This document shows, piece by piece, positions 1 through 6,327 of a stretch of 7,527 nucleotides of DNA. The stretch covers positions 1 to 7,527 of the IMG/VR virus record IMGVR_UViG_3300005859_000117; one strand, given 5' to 3'. The position numbers and the translations under genes were made by a program. The stretch's first letter is position 1. Each line of letters starts with the position of its first letter. The notes below the pieces were generated by a model. The model saw nothing but the letters and a program-made list of their open reading frames with translations, ran no database searches and was not told where the DNA came from.

Positions 1-243
1 ATTTAATGAAAAATATAGTTTTTAATTTGTTGATTCAATAGGTTATGGTTCTGATGTTGATATTAATTTCTATTATAATAAGGAATTAAATATTGGAATA
101 AATGCTTTGTTTAAAGATGGAGATATTATTGTATTTTCAATATTGTATTTTTGTTGTTGGTTTTAATGATGGAAACTTTAAGAGAAATAGATAAATTTGT
201 CAAAAGAGAAAAAGAATTAGGAGGAGGAAAAAATGTTTCTTGA
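1..243 (+). pseudogene. Possible frameshifted or degraded 3' part of an upstream gene
   Basis: Frame 2 reads FNEKYSF*(TAA 23-25)FVDSIGYGSDVDINFYYNKELNIGINALFKDGDIIVFSILYF. One extra T in the T5 run at 148-152 joins it to frame 1, LLLVLMMETLREIDKFVKREKELGGGKNVS* (TGA 241-243), which overlaps the SD and ATG of the next gene as coupled genes do. Inference only. Confidence 0.3.
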
Positions 244-544
244 TGATAATGATGATATACTTGGAGATATAATAATTAGAAAGTATAAAGATAATTTTGA
301 AATTGTATTTACGAAAAGTTACAAATGTTTTATTTCAGATTTTCAAGAAAAATATTGTATTGTTGAGCATATAGATAAAGATAAAGATTTTGATGTTTAT
401 TTGATTCCTTATGAAGAGCTTAATGTCAAAAATATAGATGAATTATTTCTATTATTAATCAAGGAGCCTAGAAAAATTATAAAAATATTAACTGAAAATG
501 ATATACCGATTTATAGGCTTATTATAGAGTACTACAAAAATTAA
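233..544 (+). CDS. Hypothetical small acidic viral protein (103 aa)
   Basis: ATG preceded by strong SD GGAGGAGG (220-227) and followed by a T-rich tract. About 22 D/E versus 15 K/R. No family recognised. Confidence 0.8.
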   Translation: MFLDDNDDILGDIIIRKYKDNFEIVFTKSYKCFISDFQEKYCIVEHIDKDKDFDVYLIPYEELNVKNIDELFLLLIKEPRKIIKILTENDIPIYRLIIEYYKN

Positions 545-562
545 TTCCTTTTATATTTTTTT
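545..562 (+). terminator. Oligo-T archaeal terminator
   Basis: TTCCTTTTATATTTTTTT directly after the stop codon. Confidence 0.55.
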
Positions 563-583
563 AGGTTTAGAGATTTAGAATGA

Positions 584-595
584 TTTATATTTGTC
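584..595 (+). promoter_or_regulatory. TATA box + GTC (rudivirus-type promoter)
   Basis: TTTATATTTGTC, identical to the SSB promoter 12-mer (minus strand, 4549-4560). SD-like GAAGGT precedes ATG 629. Confidence 0.7.
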
Positions 596-628
596 ATAAA
601 AGATATGTCAATTTGAAGGTAGTCAAAA

Positions 629-1111
629 ATGAGTGAAAATAAAGATCAGATTAAAAAAATAAATGAGATAATTGAAAAATTAGAAAATTTGAAGCAAGAG
701 ATAGCCGAGTTGCAACAACAAATGGAAGCTCAAAAATATGAAAGTGATGTAAAGAATTTGTTTAAAATGATAAAAAAGATAACAAATGAGGAATTTAATT
801 CTGTATTTTATGTTGAAGGTGACAAAGTAAAGTATATAGCTAATCATGAAAGAATATCTGGATTTCCTAATTTAATTGTCTATTGTGATAAATCATCTTG
901 TAAAATGTATTGTTATCGATTTTATACAGTTGAAAATCATTTAATTAAAGTTAAATATTATGCAGAATATGATGTTCCAGATGATATAATTAGTATTTTG
1001 AAAAAATTGCCAGAAACTCCGAAAATTGATGAGTGTGCCACAGATTCAATTTTTAAATTGTATTGTTTACTAAAACAAGGTTATTCAATAAGTTTCATTA
1101 AGGAAAATTGA
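629..1111 (+). CDS. Hypothetical protein (160 aa) with N-terminal coiled coil
   Basis: Own promoter and terminator. Heptad pattern in IKKINEIIEKLENLKQEIAELQQQM. Five Cys in the C-terminal half. No family recognised. Confidence 0.85.
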   Translation: MSENKDQIKKINEIIEKLENLKQEIAELQQQMEAQKYESDVKNLFKMIKKITNEEFNSVFYVEGDKVKYIANHERISGFPNLIVYCDKSSCKMYCYRFYTVENHLIKVKYYAEYDVPDDIISILKKLPETPKIDECATDSIFKLYCLLKQGYSISFIKEN

Positions 1112-1159
1112 TTTTTTCTTCTGTTTTTGTTCTCTATTTTTCTCATAAAAAAATAGAGA
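1112..1159 (+). terminator. Oligo-T terminator followed by an 11-bp perfect inverted repeat
   Basis: T tracts from 1112, then TCTCTATTTTT (1131-1141), a 7-nt loop and AAAAATAGAGA (1149-1159). Confidence 0.55.
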
Positions 1160-1178
1160 TTTAGAGAGATAGAAGTTG

Positions 1179-1223
1179 AGAGAAAGATTTAAAAATGAGT
1201 TTAGACATAGATTATTTCGGTGA
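1179..1223 (+). promoter_or_regulatory. Strong BRE-TATA promoter plus SD
   Basis: Purine-rich BRE (AGAGAAAGA), TTTAAAAA (1188-1195) and archaeal SD GGTGA (1219-1223) 7 nt before ATG 1231. Confidence 0.7.
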
Positions 1224-1230
1224 TAGGAGA

Positions 1231-1617
1231 ATGAGTAAAGAAGATAAGTTAAATCAATTTCTAGATTTGACTCAATTAAATATTGAGGAAAGGCGTGAAC
1301 TAATCATGAAGGCGATAAAGGAAGGGAAGGAGGAAGCAAAATACATACTAATGCTCACAGAATATGATAGACCAGGACCGAGCTTTACAGATAGAGCAAC
1401 AATCAAGATATTGTACGGAGAAGTAGAAAGAGTTCTAATGAACAGAGTTTATAGCTATCCTACGACGGACGAATATTTATACGCGTTGATTCCGAAAACT
1501 AGAACTGTTGTTTTGTTGTACAAATCTGCAAGTGATTATGAAGGAGAACTAGAGAAACATGAAAAGCTATTTGTGTTTAGTTATCCTGAAGGTTGGAAGT
1601 CAATCTCTTTATATTAA
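1231..1617 (+). CDS. Hypothetical viral protein (128 aa), probable early gene; start revised from 1195
   Basis: ATG 1195 overlaps the TATA box, whereas ATG 1231 has a GGTGA SD. The motifs EYDRPGPSFTDRA and YSYPTTDEYLYALIPKT resemble, from memory, ~130-aa terminal-region proteins of rudiviruses (unverified). Confidence 0.85.
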   Translation: MSKEDKLNQFLDLTQLNIEERRELIMKAIKEGKEEAKYILMLTEYDRPGPSFTDRATIKILYGEVERVLMNRVYSYPTTDEYLYALIPKTRTVVLLYKSASDYEGELEKHEKLFVFSYPEGWKSISLY

Positions 1618-1773
1618 TTTAATTCTTTTTTTATTTTGCTCTAATTTCTTAGCTTTCTAGTTTTTCTATTTTTAATTTTTTAGCTTCATGTCTAGTTTTT
1701 TTCATAGCTAAAATGTAATTTTATTTGAAAGTTGAGAAAAATTAGATATAAAAAAATGGGTTAGATTTGAATT
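1618..1773. terminator. Convergent terminator region
   Basis: Several T5-T7 tracts on the + strand (1626-1702). A7 at 1750-1756 is a T7 on the - strand just downstream of the stop at 1774. Confidence 0.6.
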
Positions 1774-2133
1774 TCAGAGATAAACACTTAGCAGATATTG
1801 TCTATTATTAGTTGCAAATATATCAATTTCGCTTGCGTTCTTTTCAACTGTAATTTCTATATCTTTCATTAGTGTTTGTTTTCCGAATTGCAGAACTATC
1901 TTTAATGTGTATTTATTGTCTTGAATTACAAAAGCTATATTGAATGCAAAAACTTTCTTGTGAATTATTGTAAATCCTTTAATTGATAGTAGTCCGCGGT
2001 TTAAAGCTATGATTGGAGGCATTTCTTCTAGTTCAAAAGTAGATGTTAAGAGTTCGGAGATTTGTTGCTTTGTTATCTTTTGAACTACTTGTCTAACGTT
2101 TTCCTTCCAATCTTCTATTTTCTTAGGTTCCAT
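1774..2133 (-). CDS. Hypothetical protein (119 aa from ATG 2133; 122 aa if GTG 2142 is used)
   Basis: Long ORF directly downstream of the Cas4-like gene. TATA-like TTTTAATA lies about 35 nt upstream, with an SD-like GTGAG before the ATG. C-terminal half looks beta-rich. No family recognised. Confidence 0.8.
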   Translation of the reverse strand: MEPKKIEDWKENVRQVVQKITKQQISELLTSTFELEEMPPIIALNRGLLSIKGFTIIHKKVFAFNIAFVIQDNKYTLKIVLQFGKQTLMKDIEITVEKNASEIDIFATNNRQYLLSVYL

Positions 2134-2179
2134 TTTTCTCACACTTATATTTTAGAGATTTAGATATTAAAAGTTTTCT

Positions 2180-2803
2180 CTAGAACAATTTTCCATAGCA
2201 GTAGTTTATAAATTCGCAATTTGTGCAAAATTTGTTATTTAAGCCTGGTACTTTTTTATAATCGGTTTGACTTAAATATTCCTTCAATTTCTTTATCCAA
2301 TCAATTGCTTTCTTAACGTAAACCTCTAGTAGTACATCATCAATTCTTAATTGTTTGACTTCTTTAGTTGTCCTATTTAGATAAATGATGTATACATTAT
2401 CAATTTTGTAATTTTGTTTTTTGAGCAAGTAGTAGTAAATTGCAACTTGATAAAGATGATATTCTTTAACTTGAAAAATTTCATGACTTATAGTTTTTAG
2501 TTCAATAAGGTCGTTTCCACAAATTAAATCAATTCTTGCGGAGATTTTCATTCCTTCAATTTCATCATTTATTACGACTTCATTTTTACAATTTAATTTT
2601 TCAACTAGATAGTTCTCTATATGCTCATGATATTGTATTCCTAAGTCCATGTAAAATTCATTAATTTTCTTCTGGAATGTTGTTTTTCTGCTTAAGTAAC
2701 TTCTCCTGAAGCAAATTCCGATTTCACTCGGGAAAATTGTATCTTCTGGATATTTTACATTAAAACTTTCCTTAATTATATCTTCATAATTCATAGTTAT
2801 CAC
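2180..2803 (-). CDS. cas4: Cas4-like RecB/PD-(D/E)xK nuclease with Fe-S cysteines (SIRV2 gp19/ORF207-like)
   Basis: Motifs PSEIGIC, Gxxx[21 protein letters not shown] and C-terminal CxxCxxxxxC. GTGA overlap with the ATPase stop (alternative ATG at 2794). Gene order matches gp17-18-19. Confidence 0.93.
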   Translation of the reverse strand: MITMNYEDIIKESFNVKYPEDTIFPSEIGICFRRSYLSRKTTFQKKINEFYMDLGIQYHEHIENYLVEKLNCKNEVVINDEIEGMKISARIDLICGNDLIELKTISHEIFQVKEYHLYQVAIYYYLLKKQNYKIDNVYIIYLNRTTKEVKQLRIDDVLLEVYVKKAIDWIKKLKEYLSQTDYKKVPGLNNKFCTNCEFINYCYGKLF

Positions 2804-4116
2804 GCTGATAAATTGAAATATCTCATTAATAATGATATCTGTTTACAAATTTCTTCATTTTGTCTTTGCCCAATTCCAATATCAATTCCGAGAGCTTGCA
2901 GTAAAATCTGAATATCTATAGCTTGTTCTTGTCTCCTAGATTGTAAATTTTCGCAATTTATATAATTTGTAGTTTTGTTAATTTTGTCTTGAATTAGTTC
3001 AACTAGAGCCTTCAAAATTGACGGATATAGAACTCTTGCATTTATAATTTGGTCGTAAGTTTTTTTGAGTGCAATTTGAATAATATGAATTCTATCAAGA
3101 ATTGCTGGAGTAAATATTTCGTAATTTACTAAATAGTCCTCTACATCCGGAGTTGAGAGTCTATTGATCGTATACGAGTAGGGATTCCCGGCGTAAATTA
3201 TCGGCAAGCACTTCTGTATGATTGCAGATTTTGATTCTGTACCACTTCCTCTAGTCCAAATGCAATTTTCAATTCCAGTACTTAGAGTTGAATTTATAGC
3301 GTTCAAATTATTTTTTGAAAGGTTATCTTTCCAAGTTTGGATTTCATCAAAAATTAGTCCGTTAGACAAAAACACTGCCCCGTACATATTATTTCTTGCA
3401 TCGTAAACTAAATTTGCATAAGTTGGTGCTTCAGTGTAGTATCTGAAATTAAATACTTCTTGTAATATCATAAATGTTGTAGTTTTTCCGGTTCCTCTAT
3501 TTGAAATTTCAATATAATTAATTTGTCTTTTTGTAATCGGAGATTTGAAGAGTGGAAATAGTCTCGGTAAGAAGAGGAAAATGTCATTTACGTCCATTTT
3601 TGTTGGGTCATATCCGAATGCTTGCAGTAAGAGAGCGTAAAGCTGGTGTTCTGCATCTGCTTCTTCAAATAATTCTTTTGCAATTTCATAATTATTCGGT
3701 GGTTCAATTGAATAAATGTCGTAAATGTACCAACTATCTGTACCTTTCCTAATTTTGACAAGCATATATGAAGATATCAAGTTGTAGAAATCTTCAGGGT
3801 TGTCAGCAATAAGGTGGGGGTCGAATTCTCCGGCAAAGCCGTTTTGAAATCTTGCTAACACACTGTCATTTTTTACTTTAAAGTTAGTAATCTTTGAGAT
3901 AAATTTTACTTCATCATTAAATAATAGATAGCTTTGAAAATATTGATTATCAATTCCGCGTTTGTAAGCTTTAAAAATTTCAATTCTTTTCCTTTCTTCA
4001 ACTTTTTTCTCTCCTAAGATAATGTTGAGTATTCGCTCTGTGTCACGGGGATTATAATAAAAAGAATGTGCTATCTCTTTCTGGAGAAAAGAAGGCTTAT
4101 TTTCAATTTGAGACAT
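2800..4116 (-). CDS. AAA+ ATPase, putative helicase (SIRV2 gp18/ORF436-like; BrxL/MCM-related)
   Basis: Walker [10 protein letters not shown], Walker B LIFDE, sensor-1-like IIYAGN and Arg finger AILDR. 438 aa, between the SSB and Cas4-like genes. Confidence 0.92.
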   Translation of the reverse strand: MSQIENKPSFLQKEIAHSFYYNPRDTERILNIILGEKKVEERKRIEIFKAYKRGIDNQYFQSYLLFNDEVKFISKITNFKVKNDSVLARFQNGFAGEFDPHLIADNPEDFYNLISSYMLVKIRKGTDSWYIYDIYSIEPPNNYEIAKELFEEADAEHQLYALLLQAFGYDPTKMDVNDIFLFLPRLFPLFKSPITKRQINYIEISNRGTGKTTTFMILQEVFNFRYYTEAPTYANLVYDARNNMYGAVFLSNGLIFDEIQTWKDNLSKNNLNAINSTLSTGIENCIWTRGSGTESKSAIIQKCLPIIYAGNPYSYTINRLSTPDVEDYLVNYEIFTPAILDRIHIIQIALKKTYDQIINARVLYPSILKALVELIQDKINKTTNYINCENLQSRRQEQAIDIQILLQALGIDIGIGQRQNEEICKQISLLMRYFNLSA

Positions 4117-4135
4117 GAAAAAAAAGTTACAATTT

Positions 4136-4147
4136 GACTTTTTTAAA
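4136..4147 (-). promoter_or_regulatory. TATA+GTC internal promoter for the ATPase gene
   Basis: Minus strand TTTAAAAAAGTC, 19 nt from ATG 4116, overlapping the SSB stop codon. Confidence 0.55.
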
Positions 4148-4529
4148 ACTCATCTTCTACGTTCTTTTTCTGTTGTTTTTTAGACTGTTGATGTTGCTCT
4201 TCTTCTATGTCAAGTTCCTCTTCTTGTACTCCGTTGCTATTCCTTCCAGTAAATTTAACGTATTCATTCAGCAAATCTCTATATTTATCCAGAAATTCGT
4301 AGATTATCTTAAAATCTTCCGCATCATTAGCAGTTATCCCTATCTGTTTCCTAAAATTATTAGCTGAGTGGATTGTCATTGAATATCTTACAGAATTTCC
4401 GTTCGGTACCGCATTCAGTTGAACAACTAGTCTTTTTGTTCCTTTAATTTTTAGCACTCTTGAAACTGGCTTATTACTTTGCTTTGCTTGACTTCCTAAC
4501 TGATCTATTATTTCTTTTAAGGACGCCAT
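4143..4529 (-). CDS. Single-stranded DNA-binding protein (SIRV2 gp17/ORF131b-like), 128 aa; start revised from 4553
   Basis: MASLKEIIDQLG...LKIKGTKRLVVQLNAVP...RYSMTIHSANNFRKQIGIT closely matches gp17 as I recall it. Acidic, probably disordered tail ending VEDEF. The track's TTG start lies inside the promoter. Confidence 0.92.
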   Translation of the reverse strand: MASLKEIIDQLGSQAKQSNKPVSRVLKIKGTKRLVVQLNAVPNGNSVRYSMTIHSANNFRKQIGITANDAEDFKIIYEFLDKYRDLLNEYVKFTGRNSNGVQEEELDIEEEQHQQSKKQQKKNVEDEF

Positions 4530-4548
4530 TAAGATAGATAAAAAGTTT

Positions 4549-4560
4549 GACAAATATAAA
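4549..4560 (-). promoter_or_regulatory. TATA+GTC promoter of SSB (leaderless)
   Basis: Minus strand TTTATATTTGTC, 19 nt from ATG 4529. Confidence 0.75.
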
Positions 4561-4731
4561 ATTATAGAGTTGTAGAGTTAGGAATCTAAAAAATATAAAA
4601 GTAAGTGAAGCACGCTTGAAATTCTTTTATTTCGGAGTTAAAGCTTCACGAGTGCGAAAATGGAGTTACAAATTTAGAAATTTCAGTTTGTAAATTAAAA
4701 ATTAAGCACGAAAAGTTAAAGAAAAAAAGAT

Positions 4732-5001
4732 TTAACTTATTTGGAATATTATATTTCTAATTAGAGTTGAAATTGGCATATTATATTTTTTAGCAAGTTC
4801 TTCTAGTTTTTCATAATAAAGTTCATCAACGGTTAGCGATACTCTTTCGCTATATATTTCTAAGTCTTCAATTCTTCTAATTTCTATATTTTTCTGGATT
4901 ATCTCATCAATAATTTGTAGGATTTTGTCTTTATTTTCATTAAAAAATCTTAGCTTAGACTTTGGTAGTCTTATAATTATATGCTTTTTTACGCTTTTCA
5001 T
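4732..5001 (-). CDS. Ribbon-helix-helix transcription regulator, probably tandem RHH (89 aa)
   Basis: C-terminal ERVSLTVDELYYEKLEELAKKYNMPISTLIRNII is a canonical RHH pattern. N-terminal KHIIIRLP plus helices looks like a degenerate second RHH. T7 terminator at 4722-4728. Confidence 0.8.
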   Translation of the reverse strand: MKSVKKHIIIRLPKSKLRFFNENKDKILQIIDEIIQKNIEIRRIEDLEIYSERVSLTVDELYYEKLEELAKKYNMPISTLIRNIIFQIS

Positions 5002-5024
5002 TATGTCAAATCTTAGCGTTAAAA

Positions 5025-5057
5025 TTTTTAAAGATTTCGAGAAATTTTTTAAATGTC
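5025..5057. promoter_or_regulatory. Back-to-back divergent promoters (RHH / Rep)
   Basis: Minus TATA TTTAAAAA (5032-5025) and plus TATA+GTC TTTTTAAATGTC (5046-5057) flank the dyad ATTTC-GA-GAAAT (5034-5045). Each TATA is about 23 nt from its ATG. Confidence 0.7.
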
Positions 5058-5075
5058 ACTTTTGCAAATGCAATT

Positions 5076-5420
5076 ATGAATTATGAAAAGCTTCTAGAGT
5101 TGCATCTCTCTTCTGCTTATACATATTTTGTCACAATTGCAACAAATTATAGATTTTATTCAACTATTCCGATTTATAAAAAATTTCGACAATATATCTA
5201 TAATTTTGATAGGTCTGCTCATGTGTTCTCTGTAAAGGAGCTTACGCAAGTCAGTCGTGGACTGCATTATCATCTTCTAGTTTTTACTAACAAGAAACTG
5301 GATTATTCTAAAGTTCATAAAAAAATGCCTTCACATAGTGATATTCGAATTGAGTTAGTTCCAAAAACAAAAACTGATATAAAAAAAGTTATGGAATATA
5401 TGTTAAAACAAAATTCATGA
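5076..5420 (+). CDS. rep: HUH-superfamily Rep endonuclease (SIRV1 ORF119 / SIRV2 gp16-like)
   Basis: Motif I FVTI, motif II GLHYHLLV and motif III YMLK with a single Tyr. 114 aa, no helicase domain. Confidence 0.93.
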   Translation: MNYEKLLELHLSSAYTYFVTIATNYRFYSTIPIYKKFRQYIYNFDRSAHVFSVKELTQVSRGLHYHLLVFTNKKLDYSKVHKKMPSHSDIRIELVPKTKTDIKKVMEYMLKQNS

Positions 5421-5597
5421 TTTTTTTCCTAAATGATATCCACCATGAATTAATAATGTTGAAAGCAGAATGTACAATATATTCATATAATTTTGACATT
5501 TGAATAATTCTGGATTTACAACTGCTAAGAATAGAAAAACTGCAAATAGTACACTATGAACTAGAAAAGCTATAATTGTTAGAGTTTGGTCGCTCAT
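5415..5597 (-). CDS. Small two-TM membrane protein (60 aa)
   Basis: Two hydrophobic helices (LTIIAFLVHSVLFAVFLFLAVV; ILYILLSTLLIHGGYHLG) and a basic C-terminus. Fills the gap between its neighbours exactly. Confidence 0.75.
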   Translation of the reverse strand: MSDQTLTIIAFLVHSVLFAVFLFLAVVNPELFKCQNYMNILYILLSTLLIHGGYHLGKKS

Positions 5598-5634
5598 GCT
5601 AAGTTTATTAAAGTCAAAGTGATAAAAAAATATT
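5598..5634. promoter_or_regulatory. Interleaved divergent promoters in a 37-bp gap
   Basis: Plus TTTATTAAAGTC (5604-5615), 19 nt from ATG 5635. Minus TATA-like TTTTTATC (5628-5621), about 23 nt from ATG 5597. Confidence 0.6.
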
Positions 5635-6327
5635 ATGCAGAAGCAAACATTAGAAAAATTGAGAGAAAATTCTAAATTTCTAATTGAAAATTTTGAAGAG
5701 AGTGAATTAACGAAATTGAGTAAGCTTGAGCAAGAACTAGGTTACGGTGTAATTTGGCAAAATTTTGATTCAAATACCGGATGTCTGAATTGGGTAATTT
5801 ATAATAATTCGGGAATTGATAGAGAATTTGTACTTGTGAGAGGGACTCCAGAAGTTCAGCCTTACGCATTCTTGAATTTCTATACAGAGGTATACAAAGC
5901 TTTTGGAATTATCAAATTCATAACTAATAAAGACAAATATTATAATTATCCTTATAGAGTCGGTTTAGTTCAAGATGTTGATGGGAATCTAAATTATGCC
6001 GGCGTTTTTTATGTCCCGGCGTTTAAGAAGCTTGTCTTAGAGGAATGCGGTTTCTCAGCTCCGAACAATTTGCCGAATTATTATAGAGTATTTCCGGCGT
6101 TTGCAAGAAGTACTCATGAATATTTTGTTGAATATAACCCGCTCGAGATTGCACTTTATACTATGGAGACTGGAATTCTGGTATTAAATGCTCCATTTCC
6201 AATTTATCTACAACAAGTTGAGAAATATATAGTTGATAACACTGTACCTTTTGCAAATTCTAGAGAATTTACAGAAGCAACTTGGTTAAAAAAATGGATA
6301 TATAAATACTTGGGGATTTTAAAATGA
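5635..6327 (+). CDS. Hypothetical aromatic-rich, beta-rich protein (230 aa)
   Basis: Long ORF with TATA+GTC promoter and ATGA overlap with the next gene. Resembles, from memory only, the SSV6 C213-like family of Sulfolobales viruses. Confidence 0.85.
   Translation: MQKQTLEKLRENSKFLIENFEESELTKLSKLEQELGYGVIWQNFDSNTGCLNWVIYNNSGIDREFVLVRGTPEVQPYAFLNFYTEVYKAFGIIKFITNKDKYYNYPYRVGLVQDVDGNLNYAGVFYVPAFKKLVLEECGFSAPNNLPNYYRVFPAFARSTHEYFVEYNPLEIALYTMETGILVLNAPFPIYLQQVEKYIVDNTVPFANSREFTEATWLKKWIYKYLGILK

Noticed and set aside
233-544. Identification as AcrID1 from size and acidity
   Set aside because: I see no sequence resemblance, and size alone is not evidence.
1195-1230. N-terminal extension of the 140-aa ORF
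   Set aside because: ATG 1195 overlaps the TATA box, and the SD supports ATG 1231.
1640-1713. TAGCT/TCTAGTTTTT micro-repeats and a TTTTAGCT/AGCTAAAA dyad
   Set aside because: Short, low-complexity and consistent with an ordinary terminator region.
3218-3406. 62-aa plus-strand ORF
   Set aside because: Antisense shadow inside the conserved ATPase core, with no promoter or SD seen.
3552-3752. 66-aa plus-strand ORF with a CxxC
   Set aside because: Antisense to the ATPase, GTG start and atypical composition.
4134-4367. 77-aa hydrophobic plus-strand ORF
   Set aside because: The Phe/Leu richness is just the reverse complement of Lys/Glu/Gln codons in the SSB tail; TTG start.
4530-4553. TTG-start extension of SSB
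   Set aside because: It lies within the TATA+GTC promoter, and gp17-like proteins begin MASLK as I recall.
5672-5869. 65-aa minus-strand ORF
   Set aside because: Antisense shadow of the 230-aa gene.
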